DNA from: Monocercomonoides exilis PA203
Lineage: Eukaryota; Protista; Preaxostyla
NCBI GenBank assembly: GCA_001643675.2
Contig: LSRY02000074.1
Location: forward strand, 1 to 64,000
DNA: 64,000 bases
Direction of reading: 5' to 3'
The notes under the pieces are model-generated. The model had not been told where the DNA came from and searched no databases. It saw nothing but the letters and a program-made list of their open reading frames with translations. The translations under genes and the position numbers were made by a program. Shown here piece after piece: positions 12,274 through 25,391 of the stretch. The first letter of the stretch is position 1; every line of letters starts with the position of its first letter.

Positions 12274-13156
12274 TATGAATGACACTTCAGTTTTTCCTTT
12301 TATAACTTTTTATATTTTTTTCATTTGCCCATCATCTCTTTTGAAAGATGAATTGGCTGATTTTAAACACAAACTTTTTCAAAAAAAAATCATCATAATT
12401 TTGTAAATAAATTACAACAGTTCAAACACAGAATCAAAACAAATAAATCATAAATTGACATGTTAGCTTTTGAGAATTTATTCAGAAGAGGGAAATGTGA
12501 GTCTTTTCTGCTTTATTAGCATTTAAATGAATTAATTTATCATTTTTTGGTTTCATTTAAGAATATTATTTAAGGTAAAAGAATACAATTATTTTGCTCC
12601 TTTTTGCGAAATATCGTTTCTTTTTAAATGAAATATGCAGAACACTTTTTGAATGAGATTCAATTGAGGCTTTTTATTTTTCTTTCATTCTCTTTTACTT
12701 CAAAATAAAAAATGAAAATGTTTTCGAAAAATATAAACTGAAAAGATTTTGCAATTTGAAAGCGAACAACATTGTGAGAAAAGTTGTAGTTATAGCGATG
12801 CATCACAAGTTTATGAGTGAATGAAGTTGAAAACAGTTTTGAATTTCCTCTTCAAATGAAATTCTAGGAAATTATGATTCAATTCATTCATAGGCAAATC
12901 TTTGAAAAACGTCACATTTCGGGGGAAAAAATGAGTATTACTATTTGAATTTTATTTCATATCAAAAACTGGGGATAATCTTCAAAATAAAGCCAAATGT
13001 CATTTGTTAAGCGTGCTTCGTGGCAAATGATCAAAAATATCAACTCAAAAATATATTTATGCATCTTTTTTGCAAAAATACAAAAAGAATAAAAATACAA
13101 AAAAGATGTTTGTAAACAGACATGAATCGATCTTTAATCTTTGCCCAATTCTTAAT

Positions 13157-15181
13157 TTAATCAACTTCTTCAATTTTCGGTCCTGAAGAAGAAGAAGAAG
13201 AAGGTGGAGGAGCATTCTGCGATGAAGAGAATCCAGAACGGCCCAATCCTGCACCAGCACCGCCCATCTGTGCCTGGTTGAAAAACGGATTGCTGCTTTG
13301 ATCCTTTGGAGCACCAGCTTGCTGTCCTTGTGGCTGCTGCTGCTGATATGCCTTCATCATGATGGGGTTGGCAAAGTCCTCCAGCTCCTTCTGCTTCCTC
13401 TCGTACTCCTCCTTCGTGATGGCTGTGTTCGAGTGGATCGATTCCAGCCACTCAATCGCATCCTTCAGCTTGCCTTCCAGCGCATTCTTGTCAGATTCAG
13501 GAATTGCCATCTTCCCTTCGCTCAGAGTGTTACGCAGCGAGAACACATACGATTCCAGCTTGTTCTTCGCATCCACATTCTCCTTCACTCGCTCGTCTTC
13601 CGCTTTGAACCGCTCTGCCTCAGCAACCATCCTGTCAACTTCTGACTGGCTCAGCCTGCCTTTATCATTGGTGATGGTGATCTTCTGGTTCCTTCCCGTC
13701 GCTTTGTCCTCCGCTGCCACTTGCAAAATGCCATTTGCGTCGATATCGAACGTCACCTCAATCTTCGGCACACCTCTTGGTGCTGGTGCTATGCCGTCCA
13801 GATGGAAGGTGCCGAGGAGGTTGTTCTGCTGCGTCATCGCCCGCTCGCCTTCAAACACTTTGATCTCCACACCCGTCTGGTTGTCGCTGAACGTCGTAAA
13901 CATCTCCGTCTTGTGGCACGGAATCGTCGTGTTCCTTTTGATCAGCACTGTCATCATGCCCCCAGCCGTCTCAAGCCCCAGTGAAAGTGGGGTCACATCC
14001 AACAACAGCAGGTCTTCCCCTTTCTGCCCAATCGTTCCCTTCAGCACTGCTGCCTGTACCGCTGCTCCATATGCAACCGCCTCGTCGGGGTTGATGGACT
14101 TGCACAGTTCTTTTCCTCCAAATCTGTCACGAATCAATTGCTGAATACGAGGGACACGAGTTGAACCTCCGACCAAAACGATTTCATTGATTTGTGATTT
14201 GTCCAATTTTGAGTCCAGCATCGCACGATCCAATGGGTCCAAGCACTTTCGGAATTCTGACTCGCACAGCTGCTCAAACTTTGCACGGGTGATGACAGAG
14301 TTGAAGTCCAACCCTTCAAACAGAGAATCAATTTCAATGGTTGCTTGGGTGGATGTTGACAGAGCCCTCTTTGCCCGCTCGCAAGCTGTTCTCAGGCGCC
14401 CAACAGAACGTGAGTTGCCCATCATGTCTTTCTTGTACTTTCGCTTGAATTCATCTGCCATGTAGTGAGTCAAGATGTTGTCGAGATCTTCACCACCACA
14501 ATGAATATCTCCTGCTGTAGCTTTAACTTCAAAGACACCAGAATCCAAGCACAAAATAGAGACATCAAGAGTTCCTCCTCCGTAATCGAAAATGAGAACG
14601 TTCATTTCCGACTCTTTCTTTTTATCCAAACCATAGGCAATTGCAGATGCTGTTGGCTCATTGATGATTCTGAGGACGTTCAGCCCTGCAATTGTTCCAG
14701 CATCCTTTGTGGCCTGGCGTTGGCTATCGTTGAAGTATGCTGGGCAAGTCACAACAGCTTCTGTGACTTTGTGTCCAAGATAAACTTCGGAGATGTCTTT
14801 CATTTTCGACAGGACCATTGAGCTGATTTCCTCTGGTGAAAATTCTTTTGTTTCACCTTTGTATTTGACTTGATACATTGGCTTTCCCGAACGATCAACA
14901 ACTTTGAATGGCCAATGCTTCATATCATTTTGAATTTCATTATCACTAAAACGGCGTCCAATCATTCTTTTGCTGTCAAAGAGCGAATTTTCTGGATTCA
15001 TATTTCCTTGATTCTTTGCAGCATCGCCGATCAATCGTTCGGTTGGAGTGAAAGCAACCCAGGACGGAGTCGTTCTATTTCCTTGATCATTAGGGATGAT
15101 TTCTACTGTTTCATTCTTCCATACACCAACGCACGAATATGTTGTTCCAAGATCAATTCCAACAGCGTTCGGAGAAGACAT
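13157..15181 (-). CDS. HSP70: Cytosolic Hsp70 (674 aa, intronless, C-terminal EEVD)
   Basis: [49 protein letters not shown]. Confidence 0.98.
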   Translation of the reverse strand: MSSPNAVGIDLGTTYSCVGVWKNETVEIIPNDQGNRTTPSWVAFTPTERLIGDAAKNQGNMNPENSLFDSKRMIGRRFSDNEIQNDMKHWPFKVVDRSGKPMYQVKYKGETKEFSPEEISSMVLSKMKDISEVYLGHKVTEAVVTCPAYFNDSQRQATKDAGTIAGLNVLRIINEPTASAIAYGLDKKKESEMNVLIFDYGGGTLDVSILCLDSGVFEVKATAGDIHCGGEDLDNILTHYMADEFKRKYKKDMMGNSRSVGRLRTACERAKRALSTSTQATIEIDSLFEGLDFNSVITRAKFEQLCESEFRKCLDPLDRAMLDSKLDKSQINEIVLVGGSTRVPRIQQLIRDRFGGKELCKSINPDEAVAYGAAVQAAVLKGTIGQKGEDLLLLDVTPLSLGLETAGGMMTVLIKRNTTIPCHKTEMFTTFSDNQTGVEIKVFEGERAMTQQNNLLGTFHLDGIAPAPRGVPKIEVTFDIDANGILQVAAEDKATGRNQKITITNDKGRLSQSEVDRMVAEAERFKAEDERVKENVDAKNKLESYVFSLRNTLSEGKMAIPESDKNALEGKLKDAIEWLESIHSNTAITKEEYERKQKELEDFANPIMMKAYQQQQPQGQQAGAPKDQSSNPFFNQAQMGGAGAGLGRSGFSSSQNAPPPSSSSSSGPKIEEVD

Positions 15182-16252
15182 AATCGAATTCAACAACAAA
15201 ATACTGTTGATAAATTCCAAAAATATGAGCAATTCGCAACATTTACTTATAATTTTATTTTCTTTCTCCTGCAAAAGACATTCGTAAAATAAAAAAATTT
15301 TACCGATAAAAAAATGTTATGGATATTTTCCCATTTTTAAAAAATTCAAGGGAAAAATAAGTTATTTTTTCTATCTTCAATATTTGAATTTTCAGAATAA
15401 AAATATTTTTCTAAGAAATTAAGTTCCAAAGACATCAAAAAATAAATCAAATATCACCAGAAGCATAATTATGCGACTGATTTCTCCAATCTCTGTACTT
15501 AAGAGTATATTTTCCATAGATCTCACAACTATAAAGATTTGAAAGGTGTCATTGCAAATTTGTTGTGTTGGATCATGGTGGTTGAAAGAAAGATAGATGA
15601 GATGAAAAAGAAAACGGAGAAAAAGAAAAAAATAGAAAGCACAGAATGGAATGGAAGGAATAAAGAGTGGATTATTGTGAGATAGATTTTGATGATAAAT
15701 GAGTATTTTTGGTTTTTAAAATTGAGGAGAGATTTAAAATGCAAGAATGACAGCCATCTTAAGAAGTTTTCATTGACAGCAAGTGAGAATGATAAAAAAT
15801 CTTTGAAAAGATGAAGGAAGATGGCTTTGGAGATTGGGCAGTATTTAATCAAAACTCCACCCCTTTCTTTTTGAGCTGGGTGCTGCCAGACACAAACTCT
15901 TTGCTAAAAAATAAATTAGAAATTTTTAGATAGAAAAGAAATGATGACACATGTTTGTTTGGATTAATTCTAATTGCTCCTATGAATCTCATTTTTTTGT
16001 ATTATTTAACAATTATTGCGAATCAAATAATAATAACTGCAATAAATTACAATAATAATCAACATAAACCATGAAATGATAATGTTGAAAAGAAAGGAAA
16101 AGAAAGGAAAAGAAAGTGTTATTGAACTCCATCTTGAAAAACACACAGGAATAAACATATTTTAACAAATCATTTTGGCAGGCAGCACATCTGCAAGCAA
16201 CGTGCTTGTGAAGAGAAAAAACAAACAAATTCCTTTAGCATGACTGATCCCT

Positions 16253-19200
16253 TCACCCTTCAGCCTTTTTGAAACGCATGAAAGCATAAACAAGGTATTT
16301 GAATGATTCTATCCAACCATCTGAATAACACTTCGCACAGATGACATCCTCCATCCCCTGTTCTTCCATCACCTCCAAAAAATACCTCAAAAGCCGATGC
16401 TTATCTGCATATTTAATAGCATTGACCAAAGAATTGTACACTGCCAAGCGATAATAAGATGTGCCAAGAGAAAGCATGCAATTCATGTGCAATGTTACAG
16501 CACTCAAACTCAACAGTACAGGTGACGGAGACCATTTATGCATAGCTTCAGCAACAAAAATTGTTGGTGCTGCAAGTATTTTTGAGCCCAACTCCATCAA
16601 CTTTTTGGACACCTCAAGAGGAATCGAATGAAAAGATCCATAAACTGCAATGTCCAAGCAAACAATCCCAAGCACTTCACGAAAATGTGGCTTTATTGCT
16701 TTCATGCTTTTCTTCACATCTCTTTCCCAAATTTCAAGCAGTTGAATGAAATCGATGTTTAACTTTCCTGACCAGTGTCTCGCTATATCCCTCAAAAACA
16801 ACCCGATACTGCTCAGGGTATATGGATGAAGCTTTTGCTTGCAACATGTTTCAATCAATTTGAAAGCTCTTCTGTCAGCAAAGAGCTTTCCAACTGCGAA
16901 ACGATGACCTAAAAAACGTTTCATAATGCACACAAATTACAGAGCGTGAAATTTAAAGAATCCGAATATTTAAATATGAACAGGCAAAAATAAAAGAATA
17001 ACGATTCATTTATAAACAGAATAAAATCAATAAAAAAAGGTCTCATTCACACCTTTTTCAAACATGTCTGCCATTCCTAGAAACATTGCACAGATCGATT
17101 CCTCGTTCTCTTTGAAGTATGTGTTTTCTCTGTCGTTTTTGTTCTTTCTGTTCGAATCTCCCGCCAACACGTTCAAACATAAATGCAGCATCAATTCACT
17201 TAGAGTTCTTTCTGACACTTTTAAATCAAACATCGCAAAACAAACTGCCAACATCCCATTTCGCATCTTTGCTATGTTGAGCGTGCAAGAATATTCCCTA
17301 TAAAGAGTGGAATGATTCTTCAACAGAGAGAATTGCTGCCTTGCCAATGACAGGCGAATAAATAAAGTTTCAGCCAACTCTTTCGCTTTCTCACTATATT
17401 GAGGCATTTCTCTCTCAAACAGCATCTCAAACGGATAGCTTATGTATTTGAATACATCCTCTCGAACAGCACAATAATAGATTGCGTTGAAGCCAGAAGG
17501 AAATGAAGGGATCAAGTTGCACAGCAAGTGCAGAGTTAGCTCCACTCGCTCGGTTTTGGTCACGTCTTCTTTCAACCAGCGGCAGATCGCAACACTCATT
17601 TTTGATTTTGTGTAGAAGTCAAACTGTTCCTGAGAAGAGTGAGCCAACTGCTCGACCGTCTGAATATACACATCATATTTGACCCTTCGTAGTTCCTCCA
17701 GAGCTGCTGTGACATTCGATATGCAGCGTGCTGCCAACGATGGGCATGCCAAACAGATTGGCGCAAAAGTCTGCAAGCAGCTTTTGAGTTCAGAATAGTC
17801 ATTTGAATTCAAATTGAGAGCGAAGGACTTTGTTGTTGATGAGCACAAACAAGAAAGAACATCGACAGTACAAGAACATCCATCAAGCGAAAGGATTGAA
17901 TGATGTGAATGAATTTCGAAAGAAGAAGAAGACGATAACGACAAAGACGATGACAAAGACGATGATAATGATCGAATTTTAACTTCATCGCCATTTGCAT
18001 CTCCTCCATCGGAAACTGTTTGAATCTCATTCTGTGTATTCGTCCCATCTCTCATGTCTCCTCTTTCAGGCAATTCCTCTCTTTCCTCAAAGCCATCATC
18101 ATCATCAAAAGGATTGACATTTGCAAAATTATTACCATCATCCTCATCAAACAGCCCCTTCGCAGAAATAACCATATCAAATCTATCTCTGGTTGCAACT
18201 TCGTTCTTGTTTTCCTCAGGCTGATCAAGGACTGCTTCTTTTGTTGGCCTCTCAAAATGCATATCCATCTTGTTCTGCACAGACTCAGGAACAGAAATGG
18301 CTCTCAAAACAAACTCGCGGACATGCTTGCGCATCGAACGGTTGAGCAACTGCGCTCTTTCGCCCAGAACAGAAAGAAGGCCAACAGCAAGCACATCCAA
18401 AAATGGAAGACGCTCAAAGAACAGTGTTTCCTCTTTGATTTCTGCAACACATTTGAAAAACGCTTTTGCCAATTTTTCGCTGTTGCTCTCAAGTTCCTTC
18501 TTGGCTGATGGTTTATCTCTGTTCAAGACAAGCAGCTTACTCAAGACGCACAACGAAGCATAGCAGCACTCCGCATCTCCTCTTTTCATTCTTTCAATCG
18601 CAATTTCTTCTTCTTCTTCAATCTCTTCCTCCACTTTCAAGTTCATGAGCTGTTCTGTATTCTCAACATTGCGTATATAAACCACACACAATTCTGCTGC
18701 TTTTGATGCCACACTTTCGAACTCTTCTTTAAAGCACACTTTGCTCTCAAACACAGATTCTGTTTTTCCTTTTTCATCCTCTCTTCCTTTATCTCCTTTC
18801 ATTCCTTCTCCTTCTCCTCCTTCTTCTTCATTGGATGCTTCACTTTTCCGCCCAGATTCTTCGCTTCTCCTCATTTTCTTCAGCATTTCCATCACACTTC
18901 CACAGGCAAAGCTCTTTGCAATCTGCGGTGACACTGCAAATATTACAGAAAGCACACTCAGCGCGTCAGACACAGCAGCACGAGAGGAAGTTCGATTGTT
19001 GCACACTGAATAATAAAGAAGCTCTGCAAGTGACTGCTTGATGAGAGGCCGCAGAAAGTTTGGCAATTTGAGGGAAGAAGGCTGTGGTGAGTGAAGAAGA
19101 AGAAGTGTTGGGACATTACAAGAATTTGACGATGAAGATGATGAAGAGGAAGAAGAGGAAGAAGCAGATGATGGAAACGAAGACAAAGAAGAACGAAATG

Positions 19201-21718
19201 AATTCGTTTTCAGTCTTTCAGAAATCAAATTCTGTCTGACAGACTTCAGAGAGCCCGAAAGAAGATGAAGAAGCATGTTTTGGCTGAGCGGGTGGGAAGA
19301 CAAGAAAACAGACTGAAAAGAAGACAGTGCTTCTTTGCTCGTCAAAGCAGACAGAAGAACAGAACTTTGGAAATCTGAAAGAGTCGTTAATTAAGAAAAG
19401 AGAGATTGAACATGGCATTCGAACGAAAAATGGAAGAAAATGATATTGAAAGCAAGAGAAGCCAAACAACAGAAAAAATAAAGAAAGAAAAAAAGAAAAA
19501 GAAAAGGACCAACAAAAATTCCCCGCATCAAAAGAAAGAAAGGGGAAATAATTGTGACTTGCTCACAAACTGTTCTTTCGGACTATTTCGTTCAAAGCTA
19601 CAAATAGTCTCTCCAAAACTTCCACATTAGCCCCATTTTTCGTGTCTGCAATCCACATGAACAGCAAAACAGCATTCAAAACATCGAAATAGCTTTTCAA
19701 ATGGCAAATCGAGCAGCTGATGCACAAGGCATAAAACTCAGCTAAATTGAATGGAGGAACAAAGAAAGAAGAAGATGAGGTTGATGGTGATGATGAGGAA
19801 GAAGGAAAAGGAGGAGAAGATGGTGAAAAAGAAGCAGAACAGCAAGCATTCAACTCATATGCGCACATTCCTTGTTCAGAAGCTTCAGATGCTTCCTGTT
19901 TCCTGTTCAGCAGCTCTCGCTTCAAAGCACATGAAATTTGGGAAAAACCTCCGTTTGCAGCAAATAAAACCCATCTCCTTCTCATTTCTCTCCGTCTGCT
20001 CTGCTTTTCTTCTTTTTCTTCTTTCTCTCCTATTTCTCTTTTTTCTTCATAAGCCATGGATCCAATTTTGAGTGCTTCATCTCCTTCTCCTTTTTGCCTT
20101 TCCTCTCCTCTTTTTGCCTTTCCTTTCTCTTTCTTGTTGCCTTTGCTGCTTTTTTGCCTACTTTTCACTTTCCTTTTTTCTCTTTCTCTTCCTTTTTCAC
20201 AGTTTGACAATGATCCATTCCGCTTTTGATCAATTTCCTCATTTCCTTCCATTCCTTCTTTTTTCCTCCCCAATTCATTCGTCTTCTCCATCCGCTCTTT
20301 CATCTGATCTTCCTCTTCTTCTTTCGGCTTCAGCAACTTATTCAGCATCTCACAGCAAAACACTCTGAATCCCTCATCTTCCAACAGCAAGCCTCGTAAA
20401 AGTGGCTGAAGATGATGTGCAGATAAACTTGCTACTTCCCCTTTTCCCTGCTTTTCTTCCCCAAACATAAATGCTTCCATGTCTGCTTCTTTTCCATCAC
20501 CATCCTCCACTTCTTCTTTCTCTTCTTTCTCTTCTTTCTCTTCCATCATTCTTCTTTCTTCTCTTCCTCCTCCTTTCTCTCCAGTCCCCATGTCTTCCAC
20601 AGCCAGTTCCATTTCCTGCACCAGATTTCCATACACCAAATTAAACACTCTTTTCCAAATCTCCCACTCTTCGCACTTATCTGCTTCATTGTTCTCTTCT
20701 TCTTTCCCTTCTTCTTTCCCTTCTTCTTTCCCTTCTCGTTTCTGTTTCTGATCCATATGCCGCTGTAGCATTTCTCCCTGTGTCTGCAAAATGAGCATCG
20801 GAACATGCTCTTCACACAACATTTCTCGATACACTTTCTCTTGCCTCGCTGCAATTGCCTCTGCCATCAGACCCATTGCCACTCCCGCCTCACTCCCGCA
20901 GCAGAGGGGAACAAGCGAATGCATCAGCACCAGCGCTTCACGTGCAAAGCTGATGCTCATCACAGATTCATTGCTTTGTGCCAATTTCAAGAGGAAGTTA
21001 AACCCATTCGAGATCACACTTTTCTGGCGTGAAAATCTTTCTCCGCGTGGTGTTGTGTTCGAGAATATATAGAAAAGGCAACGAACCAATAAAAACGCGA
21101 GAAACAAACAATCATATGAAACACACCGAAGTAGTTGCATTTCCAAATCGATAAATCCAGAAATTTCAACATCTGGCGATAAGCTATCGTCTACACACCC
21201 ATTCCAAAAACAAACGAAAAATATATCATTGCAAAAATCAAATCTCGGAGGAAATAAAAATACATACACAACGCAACAATGGTCTGAGAAATATTTACAG
21301 ATGACTCTTCTGCTCTTGCCTTCAATATGGCTCGAACAACTCTCAAAAAGACTTTGCTCCCCAGCCCATTCGAGTTCTTTGCTGAGAGGCATCGAAGAAG
21401 CTCTGAGCATAAAACTATAACCTCTTTTTCGTTCGACCATTTGACACATATTTTTCTCATAACGTTTGCGGCACACACAACCTCTTCTTCCGTGAAATCA
21501 AAATGCTCTCCTCCAACCTTCTCTCTGTTGCATGTCCAAAAACCAATTTCATTCAAAACAAAAACACTTTCCATACGCTATTCTTTCAAAATGCTCCGCA
21601 ATTTCATTTCTATCATTCATTTTCTTTTTCACAAAAAGTCAACAAATACAAAAGATATAAAGCCTTGTTCACATGCTTCAAGATCCGACATCAACGAAAT
21701 CAATGATTCTGAATTCAT
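16253..21718 (-). CDS. Large multi-exon hypothetical protein, predicted alpha-helical (ARM/HEAT-like) with E/K- and S-rich inserts
   Basis: Long same-strand ORFs 21191-21574, 19563-21476, 17027-19345 and 16253-16933 separated by AT-rich intron-like gaps. Plausible first exon MNSESLISLMSDLEACEQGFISF at 21718. Could be two genes. Confidence 0.55.
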
Positions 21719-21999
21719 TTGCACAATCAATTTTCAAATTAAGCAGTATAAAATAAAGGTTAATTCATAAAGTTTGTTATATCTGTTTTGATCAATTTAG
21801 GAGTATCGTTTGAAACCAATTCAGATATTCTTGCAAAATACACATGAGCATACGATGATTGTTCATTCGAATGTAATATTTATGATTTCTGCACAATTTT
21901 TAGTTTTTGAAAAAAATTTTTGAAATATTGTTGTTTTTTTAACAAATGAAAAGAAAAAGAAAAAATCAATTAATAAAACACTTTTTGAGAGTAACAAAC

Positions 22000-22490
22000 G
22001 GTAAGAGGGTACATAGCGACCGGTATAAAAATTGTCTATAAGAAGTACTATTGACATTTGAAAACCTAATTCACTGATGAAATAATTCACATAAAGGAGA
22101 AATATTCGTTAAAAAACTGAATATTTTTTGTGGTTAAAAAGCAATTTTTATCAAAAATTAATGATCAAACCCCTAAGATAAAAAAGAGAGAAACTTTCTT
22201 TTAGGTTTTTTTCGGAAATAAAGATTTATCCATTGTCAATGTGTTTATTAGGGTTATATTTAACGAAAACTTTTGTTTATTTAACTGATAAGGGTTTTTT
22301 ATTTAAAGTGAGGAAGCTTTCAAAATAAAAATTCCTGTTGGATTTAAAAAAAATAGGTTTTCTCAGCTTTGAATCACTGTAATTCGAAAATCACCTGAGA
22401 AATATCATAATTGGTTTCATTAGTAATAGTCTATATATATAAAAACATGTAAATCTAATTTTTTTACCGGTCGTTATCTGCCCACTTACC
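22000..22490 (+). mobile_element. 491-bp non-autonomous TIR element (MITE), copy 1
   Basis: 34-bp TIRs GGTAAGAGGGTACATAGCGACCGGTATAAAAATT and GGTAAGTGGGCAGATAACGACCGGTAAAAAAATT (5 mismatches). Reverse complement of 29340-29830. Confidence 0.92.
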
Positions 22491-23559
22491 TAACCTTTTC
22501 ATTATAAATCTTTCATTCTCATGTTTGAAAAAAAAGGAAAATTTTAATTAAAAAAAGAGAAAAATATTTGAATGTGAAGAATGAAACAAATTTTATCAAA
22601 TAATTTTCTTGATTTTCAAATTTTATCATTTGCATACATGAGAAAGTCGATTTGGAACAGAATATTTGCATGTATGGAAAAATCAATAATGTTTCAAACT
22701 TATCTGCAATCGAATAATTATAAATATGACATTCTCTTATAAAAACAAATATTGAATTATTCGAAAATTGAAAAAAATCTTTTTAAGTGCAATATAGAGC
22801 AATATTCATCAAAAAATATATATCATCTTATTTATAACGAATGTTTGAAGAAAAAGTTAGTTATTTGTTTGTTTTTTATTTTATTAATTACGCAAACTGC
22901 ATCATTTTTTCGAAAATATTTGGTTGCTTTGACTTGAAATTGATATAACCGAATATGCTTCATTTTGAACGGACATTTTCTTCATTATAATTCTTGAAAC
23001 TTTGTTTTGGTTGGAGGTTTTGAACAAAATTTTTTCAAAATGGGTGATTATTTCAGTGAACATATTTTCAAAAACAAAAATTTTCGTTTGGGAATTCACT
23101 TTGAATATCAACAAAAGAACGCTGAAGAGTGAAAAGGCCTATAAAAAACAACAACATCTTTATATGAGCAAAAAGATTTGCTCATCAAACAATGTGATAA
23201 ATACATAAATTGGAGAGAAAAACTCTTCCCAGTTTCAAACAACCTTTAGAAAATGAACACTACGAAAAAATTAATGATTTCAAAAATAATCGCCCACGTT
23301 TGTGTTAAAAAAACAATTATTTTGCAATTTTTCTTTTGAATGAAAAATCATTTCCAAAAAATCAACAATCTATGAAATATCATTACACCTAAATAATATG
23401 TGATTTCCAAAATAAACATTTATATATTAACATATAAAAATTTGATTGACAATGTTCTTAATGATAAAAGACCAGTGAACACTCGATGTTGAGGTTTCTA
23501 TTTCCGTTGTCTTCTACAAAAACAAGCAAAAAAAAATATCCCAAGCTGAAAATTTCAAA

Positions 23560-24617
23560 GTTGAAAATGTTTTATTCAAACAAGCTTGCTGTGTCGCATC
23601 AACAAGTTCTGAGACCCTGGTATGATATGCTCAAAGGATTTCATCTTACCGATTATTATAACAGTGTTCTCATCTTCAATGTGACGAGTCATCGCTCAGG
23701 ATACCAAACAACTCCAATCGGAATTTTGTTTATCCAACAAATGTCAAGCATGCTTTCACAAAATCTGCAGCGCAGATAACATGATCCATATTGATTGCGT
23801 CGATTGCTTCTGATGGTCAATAACTGAAGGTAGTGATACTGTGGATAAGTCTCAGATTTCCTGATGACTTGAATCATCTTTAGTTTTCCAAAACTTGGGA
23901 TATGTCCTAACAAAAGCGGATGGATGGAATCTTTGACATTCAGAAATTTTATGCTACAATTCTTCTCCCTTCGATCAAAGAAAGAAGACAACGCATGTCA
24001 CTCAAAGAATTTCACTGCTTGCTTTTGATTGATTCCCACGTTTCTCGTTCAAATCCAACGATCTGGCGAGAGTTATAAAAAGAAAATGGATATTGTGACA
24101 TTCGTCTTTCACAGCACACACATCTGCCAGCCACTGGACCGAGGTGTATTTGCCGTTCTGAAGTCAGAAATGTGTTCGCAATACGAAGCACCTTCTTCGT
24201 CGTCTTCAGCAGCGAAAAAAAACAGCTTTTGCAGAAGCACTACAGCAATCAATTGATTCAGCGCTTAAACATTCAGTCAACAAAAGAGCTTTGAAATGCA
24301 GCAGCGTGCTGAAAGACTCATCTGGGAAAGATCTGATAAATCTTCCTCAATCATCGACTTATCCTCTTCCTTCACATAAAAATCGATTTGACTTCTACGG
24401 TAAAGAAATATCTGAAGAAAAGTTGCTAAATGAGTGGGATGATTATTTGAAAAAGAAAAGCGTAATGGAAAATGAAAAAGAAAACATTTCTGATGAAGAA
24501 ATTGATGAAACAATAAATTTCACAAAAAAGCTTAAAAGAAAGTTCAAAATTCTTCAAGATGAAAACGATTTTGAGATAGAATCATCTGATGAAATTGAGC
24601 TAGAAAAGGGAAAATGA
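23560..24617 (+). pseudogene. Decayed pogo/Tc1-mariner DDE_1 transposase
   Basis: Fragments NKSGWME, LLLIDSHVSRSN and HSTHICQPLDRGVFAVLK, which are DDE_1 signature motifs, in shifting frames with stops. Confidence 0.8.
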
Positions 24618-25391
24618 AAAGTCAAACTCAAATGAGATTCGAGTTTTGTATTTTTTTATATAATTTTTTAGATTTTTTCATTTCGTTAAATTTCGGGACT
24701 AACAAAAAAAAGAGCTCTGATAAAAATATGACCTTATTCAAAAAGGAAAGAAATTCATTTTAATAAATAAAATTGATGTTTTTCATTTTTTTTCACCATT
24801 TAAATAATAACAACTTTAAATAGAAAAAAGACAATTAACATTTTTCATATGAAAAATGTGATTTATGAAAAAGTTTAATAAATTTGATAATTCAGAAAAG
24901 AGAATATTTTTCTTTAACTATGACATATAAGTGATCTTTTTTGAGTTTGTCTTTAATCTGTTTGCAATAAATGTGATATTTTAATGATAAAAAGCTATTC
25001 CGAAATCGAATGATCGTAACTTTTCTATAAAGTCTTATTATTGGTGTATTTTACAATAAAAAACTCATGATCTTTTCTCCATTTTATTTTCACTGATCTT
25101 GAAGCAAATACATAATTTTGAAGCATCAGTGACTCAAGTTACTTCACCAAAGTCAATTCGAGTCGATAATATTTAAGAGTTAAATTAAGAAAAAGAATAA
25201 TTAAACAAACACAAGGTTGAGCGATGAATAAATTCTTCACTTCAAACACAAGCTCTCCTTTTAAAAAATAATGATTTTTTATGTCAAACGAAATAATATT
25301 CAGAAAAAGAAAATTGGTTTAACTTTATAAAGCAAAAAGTGAACAAATGTTCGCTAAAAAAATTTGTGAAATGAATAAAAAAACAACTTAT

